Below are positions 1 through 7,742 of a stretch of 9,674 nucleotides of DNA, in pieces. The notes beneath the pieces were generated by a model. That model saw only the letters and a program-made list of their open reading frames with translations, made no database searches and was not told where the DNA came from. The stretch is from assembly GCA_018985225.1 (NCBI GenBank), contig JADGIF010000378.1, positions 1-9,674 of the forward strand, in the 5' to 3' direction. Position 1 is the first letter of the stretch; the number at the start of each line of letters is the position of its first letter. This stretch comes from Amoeboradix gromovi X-113 (taxonomy: Eukaryota; Fungi; Sanchytriomycota). The translations under genes and the position numbers were made by a program.

Positions 1-2
1 GG

Positions 3-200
3 AGAGCTGCACCTGCAAAACTATCATATAAAAGTGATAGAGACCATATGGCAGCAATGAACATATACATCAAGTATCTGCATCCTTATTCAACCCCGCC
101 TCAGGATAGTGCAAGCGTGAGCAATCACTGTAACGGAACATCTAGCATTGCTGGTTTCTCTGTGGAATTTCTCGATTTTCTCGAAAATCAAGACTTTTAA
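3..200 (+). CDS. Possible 3' end of a gene entering from the left edge (unrecognised product)
   Basis: Frame 3 is stop-free from base 3 to TAA at 198-200 (RAAPAKLSYKSDRDHM...GFSVEFLDFLENQDF*). AATAAA follows at 218-223. No homology recognised. Confidence 0.3.
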   Translation, partial: RAAPAKLSYKSDRDHMAAMNIYIKYLHPYSTPPQDSASVSNHCNGTSSIAGFSVEFLDFLENQDF

Positions 201-496
201 CGAGGAGTCTATGATAAAATAAAATCAGGGGAATAAAAAGCGATTATCTACCTTGACGGCAGTAATAGGCACAACAGAACTAGCTGCTTTAGTGTCCAGA
301 ATATGAGCCACGTACAATCACTTGGGAATAAGGCATAGAATTTGACACAATCCAGTGTTTGGCCGAAAGAAGAGAAGTAGTTAGTAAACTGAGGGCCAAA
401 GTGTGTTAGAACAAGCTTTACATTTTTGAGAAGTTTGTTTTAAAAAGTTTGTGTTGTTTTTGCAATGTCGTCCCAGAGCAAGGAGAGTTTGATAAA

Positions 497-1735
497 ATGT
501 CATCATTTGGAACCATCTTTAAAGTCAGTACATATGGTGAATCCCATTGCAAAGGTGTTGGATGCATTGTTGAGAATTGCCCACCAGGGTTGCCACTTAA
601 GGAATCAGATATTCAAAAGCAACTGACAAGAAGAAGACCAGGTCAGAGTGATTTAACAACTCCTAGAGATGAAAAGGATCGAGTTCAAATACTATCAGGA
701 ACTGAATTCGGTGTAACCTTGGGCACACCAATTGGTATTTTCGTTCCAAATGAGGACCATCGACCTAAAGACTACTCGGAAACAGATGACTATCCCAGAC
801 CTAGCCACGCTGACTGGACTTACCTGCTAAAGTATGGCATCAAATCTAGCTCTGGAGGAGGTAGAAGTTCTGCTCGTGAAACTATTGGCAGAGTTGCTGG
901 GGGTGCAATTGCTGAACAATACTTGAGAATTGCCCATGGAATTGAAATAGTAGCATTTGTATCTTCTGTAGGATCAATTGAAATTCCTACTGGGCTTAAC
1001 ATCGATATTGATCATTCTCATGTACCTTCAGGTATTCAGAGTAGTACGGTTGAAAATAAGGACTCTAAGAACTATTACAATCTGTTGAATAACATTACTA
1101 GGGAAGAAGTTGATGCTAGCATAACCAGGTGTCCTCACAAGGAAACTAGTGATAAAATGATGGAACTAATTCGAAAAACCCGAGACGCTATGAATAGTAT
1201 TGGTGGTGTGGTCACTTGTGTAATTAGAAATATGCCGACGGGTTTAGGGGAACCTTGCTTTGACAAGTTCTCAGCTAAATTAGCGCATGGAATGATAAGT
1301 ATTCCAGCAACTAAAGGATTCGAGTTGGGATCAGGGTTCAGAGGAACTCAAATGTTTGGTAGTATGCATAATGATCCTTGGGTAAAAAATGAAAAGGGTG
1401 GTTTAAAAACATCATCAAATAATTCTGGAGGTACCCAGGGAGGTATTACAAATGGCGAGCATGTCTATTTCAGAGTAGCTTTCAAGCCCCCAGCAACCAT
1501 CGGAATTCAACAGGCCACTTCTACGTATGGCGGAAAAGATGGGATACTAGCCGCAAGAGGTAGGCACGACCCATGCGTGGTGCCTCGAGCTGTTCCTATT
1601 GTTGAAAGTATGGCTGCTTTAGTTGTTATGGATGCTTTGATGCAGCAGAACTCAAGAAAGTACGCAATTAATCAGATTCCCAAAGACGCGTTAGAGCTCA
1701 TCGAACCAGAACTGCGTAAGTTGAGACCACAATAA
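497..1735 (+). CDS. ARO2: Chorismate synthase, fungal type (412 aa)
   Basis: All three family signatures are present: [25 protein letters not shown] and [18 protein letters not shown], plus RRRPGQS, PRPSHAD and GLGEPCFDK. The start is placed at ATG 497 ([17 protein letters not shown] matches the family N-terminus), not at the TTG at 449. Confidence 0.97.
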   Translation: MSSFGTIFKVSTYGESHCKGVGCIVENCPPGLPLKESDIQKQLTRRRPGQSDLTTPRDEKDRVQILSGTEFGVTLGTPIGIFVPNEDHRPKDYSETDDYPRPSHADWTYLLKYGIKSSSGGGRSSARETIGRVAGGAIAEQYLRIAHGIEIVAFVSSVGSIEIPTGLNIDIDHSHVPSGIQSSTVENKDSKNYYNLLNNITREEVDASITRCPHKETSDKMMELIRKTRDAMNSIGGVVTCVIRNMPTGLGEPCFDKFSAKLAHGMISIPATKGFELGSGFRGTQMFGSMHNDPWVKNEKGGLKTSSNNSGGTQGGITNGEHVYFRVAFKPPATIGIQQATSTYGGKDGILAARGRHDPCVVPRAVPIVESMAALVVMDALMQQNSRKYAINQIPKDALELIEPELRKLRPQ

Positions 1736-1794
1736 ACTATTTTATTTTATTTTTAATATCCTCTCCAAATCTGCAACAAAAATTGCTGTTAACG

Positions 1795-2889
1795 ATGGAC
1801 GATGAAATTGGTGCTGTTTTCAACTTTGACTTTGAATATCCTTTTAGAATTTTGAAAAAGCCTTTGATAGTTGATATGAAAAGAATATCGAACTCTGCTA
1901 CTTTGAGATCAAGATTAGCAATATTTAGTAAATATAAGAAAGAAAATATAGACGATGATTATTGTATTTTGCTGACATTTATGATATGTTTGGACTTCAA
2001 CAACTATAAAGAACAAGACCTCGTAATCATTTTGGACCTTGTGCGACCAATTGTAAATTCTAAATATTCTCCCGCTAATATCGCACTTGTCGCTTATTTC
2101 ATGAGAATATCCGACATCTTAGACCTTCTGGACAATATAAACGGCGCAATTTTTAATGATTTACCCGCGTATAAGAGCGAATATCAGTTGTTCTATCGAT
2201 TTTATTACTATCAGAATCTGAAATTCAAGTTATCAAAGAATCTCTTGCATGATGCTGAGACTAATTGTAGATTAGGAATGTCTATAACTACTAAATCATC
2301 TCAGTTTTCTGCATTTCTTGTGTATGCTGTCATCATATCTTGGTTTAAAGGTAAATTCTTTAAGGAGAAATTCTTAAATCAATATTTGCCCAAAAACCAT
2401 TGCATAAGAGTCCTAAACTTTTACATAAGGAACATAGAATATAGCAAGGCATTAAAGCTGCTACATGAGTATGCTACAGAATTTAACAAGAATGGTTTGT
2501 ATTTGTTCATTCTGTTCAATTTAAAGTTCTTGTGCCTGCATAGAGCACTGGCAAAGCTGAAACTAAAATGCGGCGGACAGGAAAAGTATAGCTTTACCTT
2601 TTTGAAAGAGTTTTGGAATGACTGCTTTGAAAGAGTAGAACTCATTAATTCATTGGCGTACTTGTTTGGAAATAAAATCATCAGTGGACAGGTATTGGAT
2701 GAGAACGATGAGTTTATAATAATATCAGACAAAGTTGATCATTACATAGTACCAAACTATCAGGAAAGGCAAGAAAAGGAACCGTCGGAGTGTTTGCAAA
2801 AGATGTTGTTGTTGAAAGAGGAAGACGTGTTTCCCATGCTGGATTTTGAGAATGAGTTTTTAAAAGAACAGGGTATGGGATTTGAATAA
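1795..2889 (+). CDS. Divergent PCI-domain protein, PCID2/Csn12/Thp1-like
   Basis: Ordered motifs resemble the PCID2/Csn12 family as I recall it: YQLFYRFYYYQ; FLVYAVIISWFKGKFFKEKFLNQY; HEYATEFNKNGLYLFILFNLKFLCLHR; and a winged-helix end VELINSLAYLFGNKIISGQV. The first ATG is at 1795. Confidence 0.65.
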   Translation: MDDEIGAVFNFDFEYPFRILKKPLIVDMKRISNSATLRSRLAIFSKYKKENIDDDYCILLTFMICLDFNNYKEQDLVIILDLVRPIVNSKYSPANIALVAYFMRISDILDLLDNINGAIFNDLPAYKSEYQLFYRFYYYQNLKFKLSKNLLHDAETNCRLGMSITTKSSQFSAFLVYAVIISWFKGKFFKEKFLNQYLPKNHCIRVLNFYIRNIEYSKALKLLHEYATEFNKNGLYLFILFNLKFLCLHRALAKLKLKCGGQEKYSFTFLKEFWNDCFERVELINSLAYLFGNKIISGQVLDENDEFIIISDKVDHYIVPNYQERQEKEPSECLQKMLLLKEEDVFPMLDFENEFLKEQGMGFE

Positions 2890-2935
2890 ATCTGTTTAAT
2901 GTTGTTTGTAAATTGTACGATTTTGTAAAAAGGAG

Positions 2936-3820
2936 ATGACAACGGGTACGGTTGAAAGATTAGATGATATTCCACAGCATCCATCTAAGATAACGGGAAT
3001 TCATAGGCATCCTGGTGTATCTAGCGTAGTATTGAGCACCAGTAAAAATGGATGTTTAAAAATCCATGATGAAGAAAAGGAATTGTGCAATTTGAAAATA
3101 AATAAGACTAGAATATTAAGCAGCACAATGAATAGAAGGTGCGCATATCTATCCAGCTATACGAGCATCATGTCATATGATTTGAATACTAACCAGATTA
3201 TGCCATACAAGATACATTTCGTAAATGGACAGAGAATGAAGCTATTTCAAATGGAAAATCTGTTGGGTATTATGGATGAGAAGTTTATACATATTGTAGA
3301 TAGTGAGCAGAGACAGCTGGTGCAATCGATTAAAACAGCGAACTCAGCAACTGGAGTACAATTTTTTGGTGACAACGAGTTATTGTATTGTGTCAATGAC
3401 ACGATATATCACTATGATTTAAGATCTCAAGCTTGTATAAACTCTTTTACCGAATCTAATTATAAAACCACATCCCTAGCAATATCAGGGGATTGCGCAC
3501 ATGGATATATGGCGACTGGTTCCTCCAACGGAATGGTTCACTTTTATGAATGGAAAAACGAAATCCCAACTCTTCTTAAAGAGTTTGGTAATTTAACTAC
3601 CTCTATAAACGAATTGCAGTTTTGTAATCAATATTTGCTAATGTCTTCAGATATAAAAAAAGATCAGGTTCGAATTGTACAAATTCCTCAGTTACAGGTA
3701 TTGTCAAATTGGCCCACTGGTACTACTCCCCTTGGATATGTTCAAGCAGCCTCTTTTGTAGACAATAATTTGATTGTAGGTAACTCAAAAGGACAATTGC
3801 GAAAATTTGAAATTAATTAA
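2936..3820 (+). CDS. UTP18: U3 snoRNA-associated WD40 protein UTP18 (SSU processome), short form of 294 aa
   Basis: WD40-like repeats (YHYDLRS, ATGSSNGMVHFYE) and the characteristic UTP18 C-terminus NLTTSI...KKDQVRIVQIP...SNWPTGTTPLGYV...GNSKGQL. Confidence 0.88.
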   Translation: MTTGTVERLDDIPQHPSKITGIHRHPGVSSVVLSTSKNGCLKIHDEEKELCNLKINKTRILSSTMNRRCAYLSSYTSIMSYDLNTNQIMPYKIHFVNGQRMKLFQMENLLGIMDEKFIHIVDSEQRQLVQSIKTANSATGVQFFGDNELLYCVNDTIYHYDLRSQACINSFTESNYKTTSLAISGDCAHGYMATGSSNGMVHFYEWKNEIPTLLKEFGNLTTSINELQFCNQYLLMSSDIKKDQVRIVQIPQLQVLSNWPTGTTPLGYVQAASFVDNNLIVGNSKGQLRKFEIN

Positions 3821-3938
3821 ATAAAATATTTTAACGCACTTCAGTACTATTTTTTTGTCAATTTCTATCTCGATTGCACCTTCAAACTCGGGAAGGAGCA
3901 CCTCATTTGGGATTGATTGTTTTCGATCTCAACTCCTG

Positions 3939-4370
3939 ATGCAGTTGCTAATTCTGCTAACTGTTAGTTATTCCTGGTTGTCCCTATTTAAAGCCATAGC
4001 GAGTGACGTTACGAATCTTGTGTTAAATCCTGATAAAGTATATGCAGCTACTAAATCTGCATTCGGTACCACAACTAATCTACCAGACCTCACTGCAGAG
4101 TCTGTCAAACAGTTCCAACAGCATTCACGTCAAGTTAAAGCCGGAATTTTGGTAGCACTAGGCTCTATCACGGTTTCTGCACTTAGTAACGTATATTTGA
4201 ATTTGCGTCGCGCCAAATATGTTAAAACAGAATCAAATAAAAATACCATGGCATACCATACCGGAAATATTACTTCAAATTTCAAAGCTCATTCAATTGT
4301 AACTGCAAAGTCTAATCCTCCGGTACTAGGAAACACAATGTCTGCTAATACCACCGGTTCTGGTAAGTAA
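3939..4370 (+). CDS. Hypothetical small protein (143 aa) with probable signal peptide and one hydrophobic segment
   Basis: The first ATG of the ORF is at 3939. The N-terminus MQLLILLTVSYSWLSLF is hydrophobic, and an internal segment AGILVALGSITVSALSNVYL is followed by basic RRAK. It ends in TAA plus AATAAA like its neighbours. Confidence 0.6.
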   Translation: MQLLILLTVSYSWLSLFKAIASDVTNLVLNPDKVYAATKSAFGTTTNLPDLTAESVKQFQQHSRQVKAGILVALGSITVSALSNVYLNLRRAKYVKTESNKNTMAYHTGNITSNFKAHSIVTAKSNPPVLGNTMSANTTGSGK

Positions 4371-4391
4371 TTAATAAATTCCAAACTAGAT

Positions 4392-5256
4392 TTATTTCTT
4401 TTTAGTCCCATCGTCTTCTTTCATATCGGTATCATTGTTCTTCATACTTAACTCCAATGCACGTTGAAGTTCTTCATCAGTTGACATGCTGGAATCCTGC
4501 ATTGACATCTGAATCGCCTTTGCTAGTTCAGGATCCATTTCTTCCATAACCACGTCTTCGGCAGGCTTAGTTTGTCTACTGTTTTCCTCCTCCATCGACA
4601 TCTTTAATGCCATGGCCAATTCAGGGTCTAAGTCCGGATCCACTCCAAATTCAAATTGCTGCATTGGTGTATTCGCAAATATAGGTGTTTGAATTAGCTG
4701 ATCGGATAAATTATAACAAGGCTCAACAACCACAAGATGACTAAATCAGAAACATGTACCTGTTATCATTGTTATTTACAGTTGCAATAAACAATTCCAA
4801 TTTATCCTGATTCTCACTCATTTCACCAAAGGAAACAATGTCAATAGCAATAGAATTCTTTTTTAATTTCTTAGCCATTCTAACCAAGTCTTCCTTAGAA
4901 TCCTTCATTGGAGAGCCTACAAATGCTAAAATGTACTGGGATTGATTCTTATTTGTTCTATTCTTCAAAGCTAGTTGAGCAACCAGCAATGCGTCTAAAA
5001 ATTCATTTTGTCCGTGTAAATCCATATGATGTATTCCGCTTAAAAATTGACCCAGATTATTTGTAAATGTTGTCAACACGCGTGGTTGCGATGTTGTCAT
5101 TATTGCTAGTGTATTTTCTGGATGTTGCTGTGTTTTGGCTGTGAATACAACATTTAATACTTCCAGTTCTGATCTGTATCTACTCGGCTGGTAATCTCCA
5201 TTTCTCATCCAATCTGAGTTGTCTACTAACACTACAGTAGCCTGCAATGAACTCAT
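4392..5256 (-). CDS. RPN10: 26S proteasome ubiquitin receptor Rpn10/PSMD4; two exons (5256-4760 and 4740-4392), 281 aa spliced
   Basis: vWA domain motifs VDNSDWMRNGDYQPSR, HPENT, AQLALKNR, FVGSP and AKKLKKNSIAIDIVSFGE. Exon 2 carries FEFGVDPDLDPELAMALKMSMEEE and two more UIMs. The spliced junction reads NNNDNS|HLVVVEP. Confidence 0.96.
4741..4759 (-). other. 19-nt spliceosomal (GT-AG) intron in RPN10, phase 2
   Basis: The minus strand reads AAC AG|GTACATGTTTCTGATTTAG|T CAT CTT GTG. Excision removes an in-frame TAG, corrects the frame and regenerates the conserved S-H-L-V. An internal CTGAT resembles the CTRAY branch consensus. Confidence 0.88.
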
Positions 5257-5297
5257 TCTTTGGTTTCAAAAAATTAAAAAAAATCAAAAATAGAACA

Positions 5298-7715
5298 TTA
5301 ATACAGTTTATTACTATAAGCATCGTTATCTATATCTGCTGGTCCTTGATCAAATACCCCGAGTTCTCGTGTGTTTATGGAGTCATAAAATAAATCCGAA
5401 TTTGCTCCACCAAGTGTCATTCGTCCATAATCGACGGTATTCTCTATTCTTGTGGCTTCTTTGTCAAGTTCAAAGTCCAGCAGCATACCGTCTAGCCCTA
5501 ATCTTTGCTGTATATCTCTAAACCACGCAAATTTCTTTAAATTGACTGAATCTATGAAAGTATCTGACGCTACAGATACTGTATCTAAAAATAACCTTCT
5601 AGCAATAACTGCTAGCGCTTTCGAGTCTTGGATTGTTGGAAGTCCTTCGTAATCTTTTCTGTTCGGTATTTCAGAGAAATTCAAGGGTTTTTGTAACCTC
5701 AAGTATTCCTGCATGTTAGGGTACATTAGCATGGAATAAGATGGATGCCCCATCCACTTTTGTATTATCTGACCGTGGTCTGTTTTGTAAAACTGTAAAT
5801 TAAAGAAATCCTCCCTAAGAAATGGATCCAAAGGGTAGTCACACAAAATAGTGCTGGATTGAATGAAGTCAATTATTAACAGTGTTGACTTGGCTAAATC
5901 AGCCGGCAAGTATAAGTATCCGGGAATAGGGTATGATAATCCAACAGGTCTTGGGTAAAATGACATGTTTGGCTGTTTTAGCAGCTTGTGTTGAAATGGC
6001 GAATATTTATCTTTTAAATGATTTAGCCTACTATTTTCATAGGTTTTGCTTGATGACTTCCCAATTATTGATAACGGGTTGTATTCTGACTGTAGCGCTA
6101 AATGCTTAGATTTATAATAACTTCCCATAGAGTATTTCAGTCCTGCTATTAATCTAGACCAATAATAGAGAGCCCCGTTCAAATCGTTTGCACTTATCAA
6201 TGCTGTCAACAATTTCACGCACATTCTTCCATCAAACGCAACATTTAAATCGGTATTTAAGCTAAGAGACTTTTCGTTAAATTTTGTAGTTGGAGTATTC
6301 TCGTTGATAAAATGATCTGTGGTTATAATCAGTGAATCATCGTGGATATCTGCCCAATTTGTTGTATTTTTAAGTTGGTTGCCAGCCACTTTGGAGTCAT
6401 ACATCAGACAACTTGTGTCAAATTCTACTACAGATGGATGCGCCATTGATGGTGATGGCGGAATTAGCTGCTTAAATTCCAGTGGTATCAATTTTACTAG
6501 TTCTGCACTTGCTTCAGGATAGTCTCGATGTACATACAAGAAATCTAAAAAACTGGAAATGTTAAATCCAGATTGCAAGCTTCGAAGCGCCTTTGAGTAT
6601 AGAGGCCCCGAATCTGATTCTTTTATTGACCTACTAGGTCTGTTACTAATCATTTCTATTAAGCCATATAACTCATCTAAATTAGATTCAACAGTGGAAT
6701 AATAAGTCATAAGGTGATAATAAGTTGTGGATGAAAAGCCAATGTTCTCATCCTTCATGGATTTAAATATGGACGCTATATCAGTAGTCCTACCATATTG
6801 AACTAGCAATATTCTAATTAGCAAGTCATATATACGAGGGGTCATTTGATGACATTTATTATACATCTCAATCATAGTCACTACTTGATCTATGGCGTCA
6901 CCCTCTCTTACAATCTTGAACGCTTGATAAAACAAGTCACGGCTGGGATTAGCGAATTTGTACAAAAGTGGTAAATACTTATGGGCTGCTAGATTAGCTG
7001 AATATTTAGCATATGAAGCATACTTGAACAGATAGACAAGGCTGAGTTCATTGTACGGCATTCTGTCAAATAAGTCGAACATCTCTTGAAATAATCTATT
7101 ACTTCCATACGCTTTTAATTTTGCATTCAATATGCTAATGTTGTCGGGTATACCGAGTCGTTTTTGGATAGTGGTTATGTCGTCAACAGCACAATTAGTG
7201 TCAAAGTTATTTGGCTGCTTTGTAGTAAATCTCATCTTACGAGTAAGTGCGTCAAAAGCTAGTCTGATAGTTGTGTCAGTTAAGGGAATACCACAGCAAG
7301 TCAGGAGATTTAAAATAGATTTTACATGTACTTTCTTTTCTTTTATAGAAAAAGCCAGCTCGTTAGAATGAGCTATGCAAAACAGCAACGAGTGTCCCAT
7401 CATTAAACTTATAGGTTTGATTGACTTCATTCTATCAAATGGGAAACTGTGATAGTCATCAAAATGAGAGTAGAGAAGCAGCAGTGAAGAGGCGTCGTTC
7501 CAAGAAATGTTAGATTGCTTAGCTATAAATGGCCAAATTGAACGAATCAAAAACCTATCATGGTACAACTGCCAATCGAAGTCCGCTAGGCGTTTATGGC
7601 TCATATATAAACAGCACATGTCCAGAGCATTTGGAGAATTCAGAGATTCGTGTAGATCGGCACTCAATAGCTGTTTTGGAACTTCAATTAATTTTCTATT
7701 AAAAAATCGCAACAT
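5298..7715 (-). CDS. Pentatricopeptide-repeat-like helical repeat protein, probably mitochondrial (805 aa)
   Basis: Long uninterrupted ORF with a basic N-terminus MLRFFNRKL. PPR-like units include ISILNAKLKAYGSNRLFQEMFDLFDRM, PRIYDLLIRILLVQYGRTTDIASIFKSMKDENIGFS and STTYYHLMTYYSTVESNLDELYGLIEM. Confidence 0.65.
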   Translation of the reverse strand: MLRFFNRKLIEVPKQLLSADLHESLNSPNALDMCCLYMSHKRLADFDWQLYHDRFLIRSIWPFIAKQSNISWNDASSLLLLYSHFDDYHSFPFDRMKSIKPISLMMGHSLLFCIAHSNELAFSIKEKKVHVKSILNLLTCCGIPLTDTTIRLAFDALTRKMRFTTKQPNNFDTNCAVDDITTIQKRLGIPDNISILNAKLKAYGSNRLFQEMFDLFDRMPYNELSLVYLFKYASYAKYSANLAAHKYLPLLYKFANPSRDLFYQAFKIVREGDAIDQVVTMIEMYNKCHQMTPRIYDLLIRILLVQYGRTTDIASIFKSMKDENIGFSSTTYYHLMTYYSTVESNLDELYGLIEMISNRPSRSIKESDSGPLYSKALRSLQSGFNISSFLDFLYVHRDYPEASAELVKLIPLEFKQLIPPSPSMAHPSVVEFDTSCLMYDSKVAGNQLKNTTNWADIHDDSLIITTDHFINENTPTTKFNEKSLSLNTDLNVAFDGRMCVKLLTALISANDLNGALYYWSRLIAGLKYSMGSYYKSKHLALQSEYNPLSIIGKSSSKTYENSRLNHLKDKYSPFQHKLLKQPNMSFYPRPVGLSYPIPGYLYLPADLAKSTLLIIDFIQSSTILCDYPLDPFLREDFFNLQFYKTDHGQIIQKWMGHPSYSMLMYPNMQEYLRLQKPLNFSEIPNRKDYEGLPTIQDSKALAVIARRLFLDTVSVASDTFIDSVNLKKFAWFRDIQQRLGLDGMLLDFELDKEATRIENTVDYGRMTLGGANSDLFYDSINTRELGVFDQGPADIDNDAYSNKLY

Positions 7716-7742
7716 TGACCCGCTTGTTTTGATATTTCAAAA
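7716..7742. promoter_or_regulatory. 27-bp spacer between divergent start codons (candidate core of a bidirectional promoter)
   Basis: The minus-strand ATG starts at 7715 and the plus-strand ATG at 7743. The spacer is TGACCCGCTTGTTTTGATATTTCAAAA. Confidence 0.45.

Noticed and set aside
170-193. Imperfect palindrome TCTCGATTTTCTCGAAAATCAAGA, superficially like a heat-shock element
   Set aside because: GAA/TTC spacing does not fit three contiguous nGAAn units, and it lies in a probable coding frame.
198-392. TAA/TAG-to-Gln genetic code reassignment
   Set aside because: All seven complete genes terminate at TAA, at family-appropriate positions where the family is known, and have no internal TAR codons.
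358-400. Inverted repeat TTTGGCC...GGCCAAA suggesting an ncRNA stem
   Set aside because: Only 7 bp, and no snRNA, tRNA, SRP or RNase P/MRP motif was recognisable.
449-496. N-terminal extension of ARO2 from TTG 449
   Set aside because: Non-ATG start in a eukaryote; homology begins at ATG 497.
2899-2932. Possible 25-nt intron (2908-2932) joining ATG 2899 to UTP18
   Set aside because: It would add only four residues, has no homology support, and GT-AG pairs at this spacing are common by chance.
820-2984. Short antisense ORFs 820-1002, 2421-2732 and 2760-2984
   Set aside because: Shadows of real genes on the opposite strand with no recognisable features.
4363-4389. GTAAGT...CTAG 27-nt intron candidate at the end of the orphan ORF
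   Set aside because: It would remove the TAA plus AATAAA pattern shared by all genes and run the ORF antisense into RPN10.
4392-5256. Two separate genes, or a frameshift/sequencing error, in RPN10
   Set aside because: A single indel would leave about six extra residues at a conserved junction, whereas exact GT-AG excision restores the motif.
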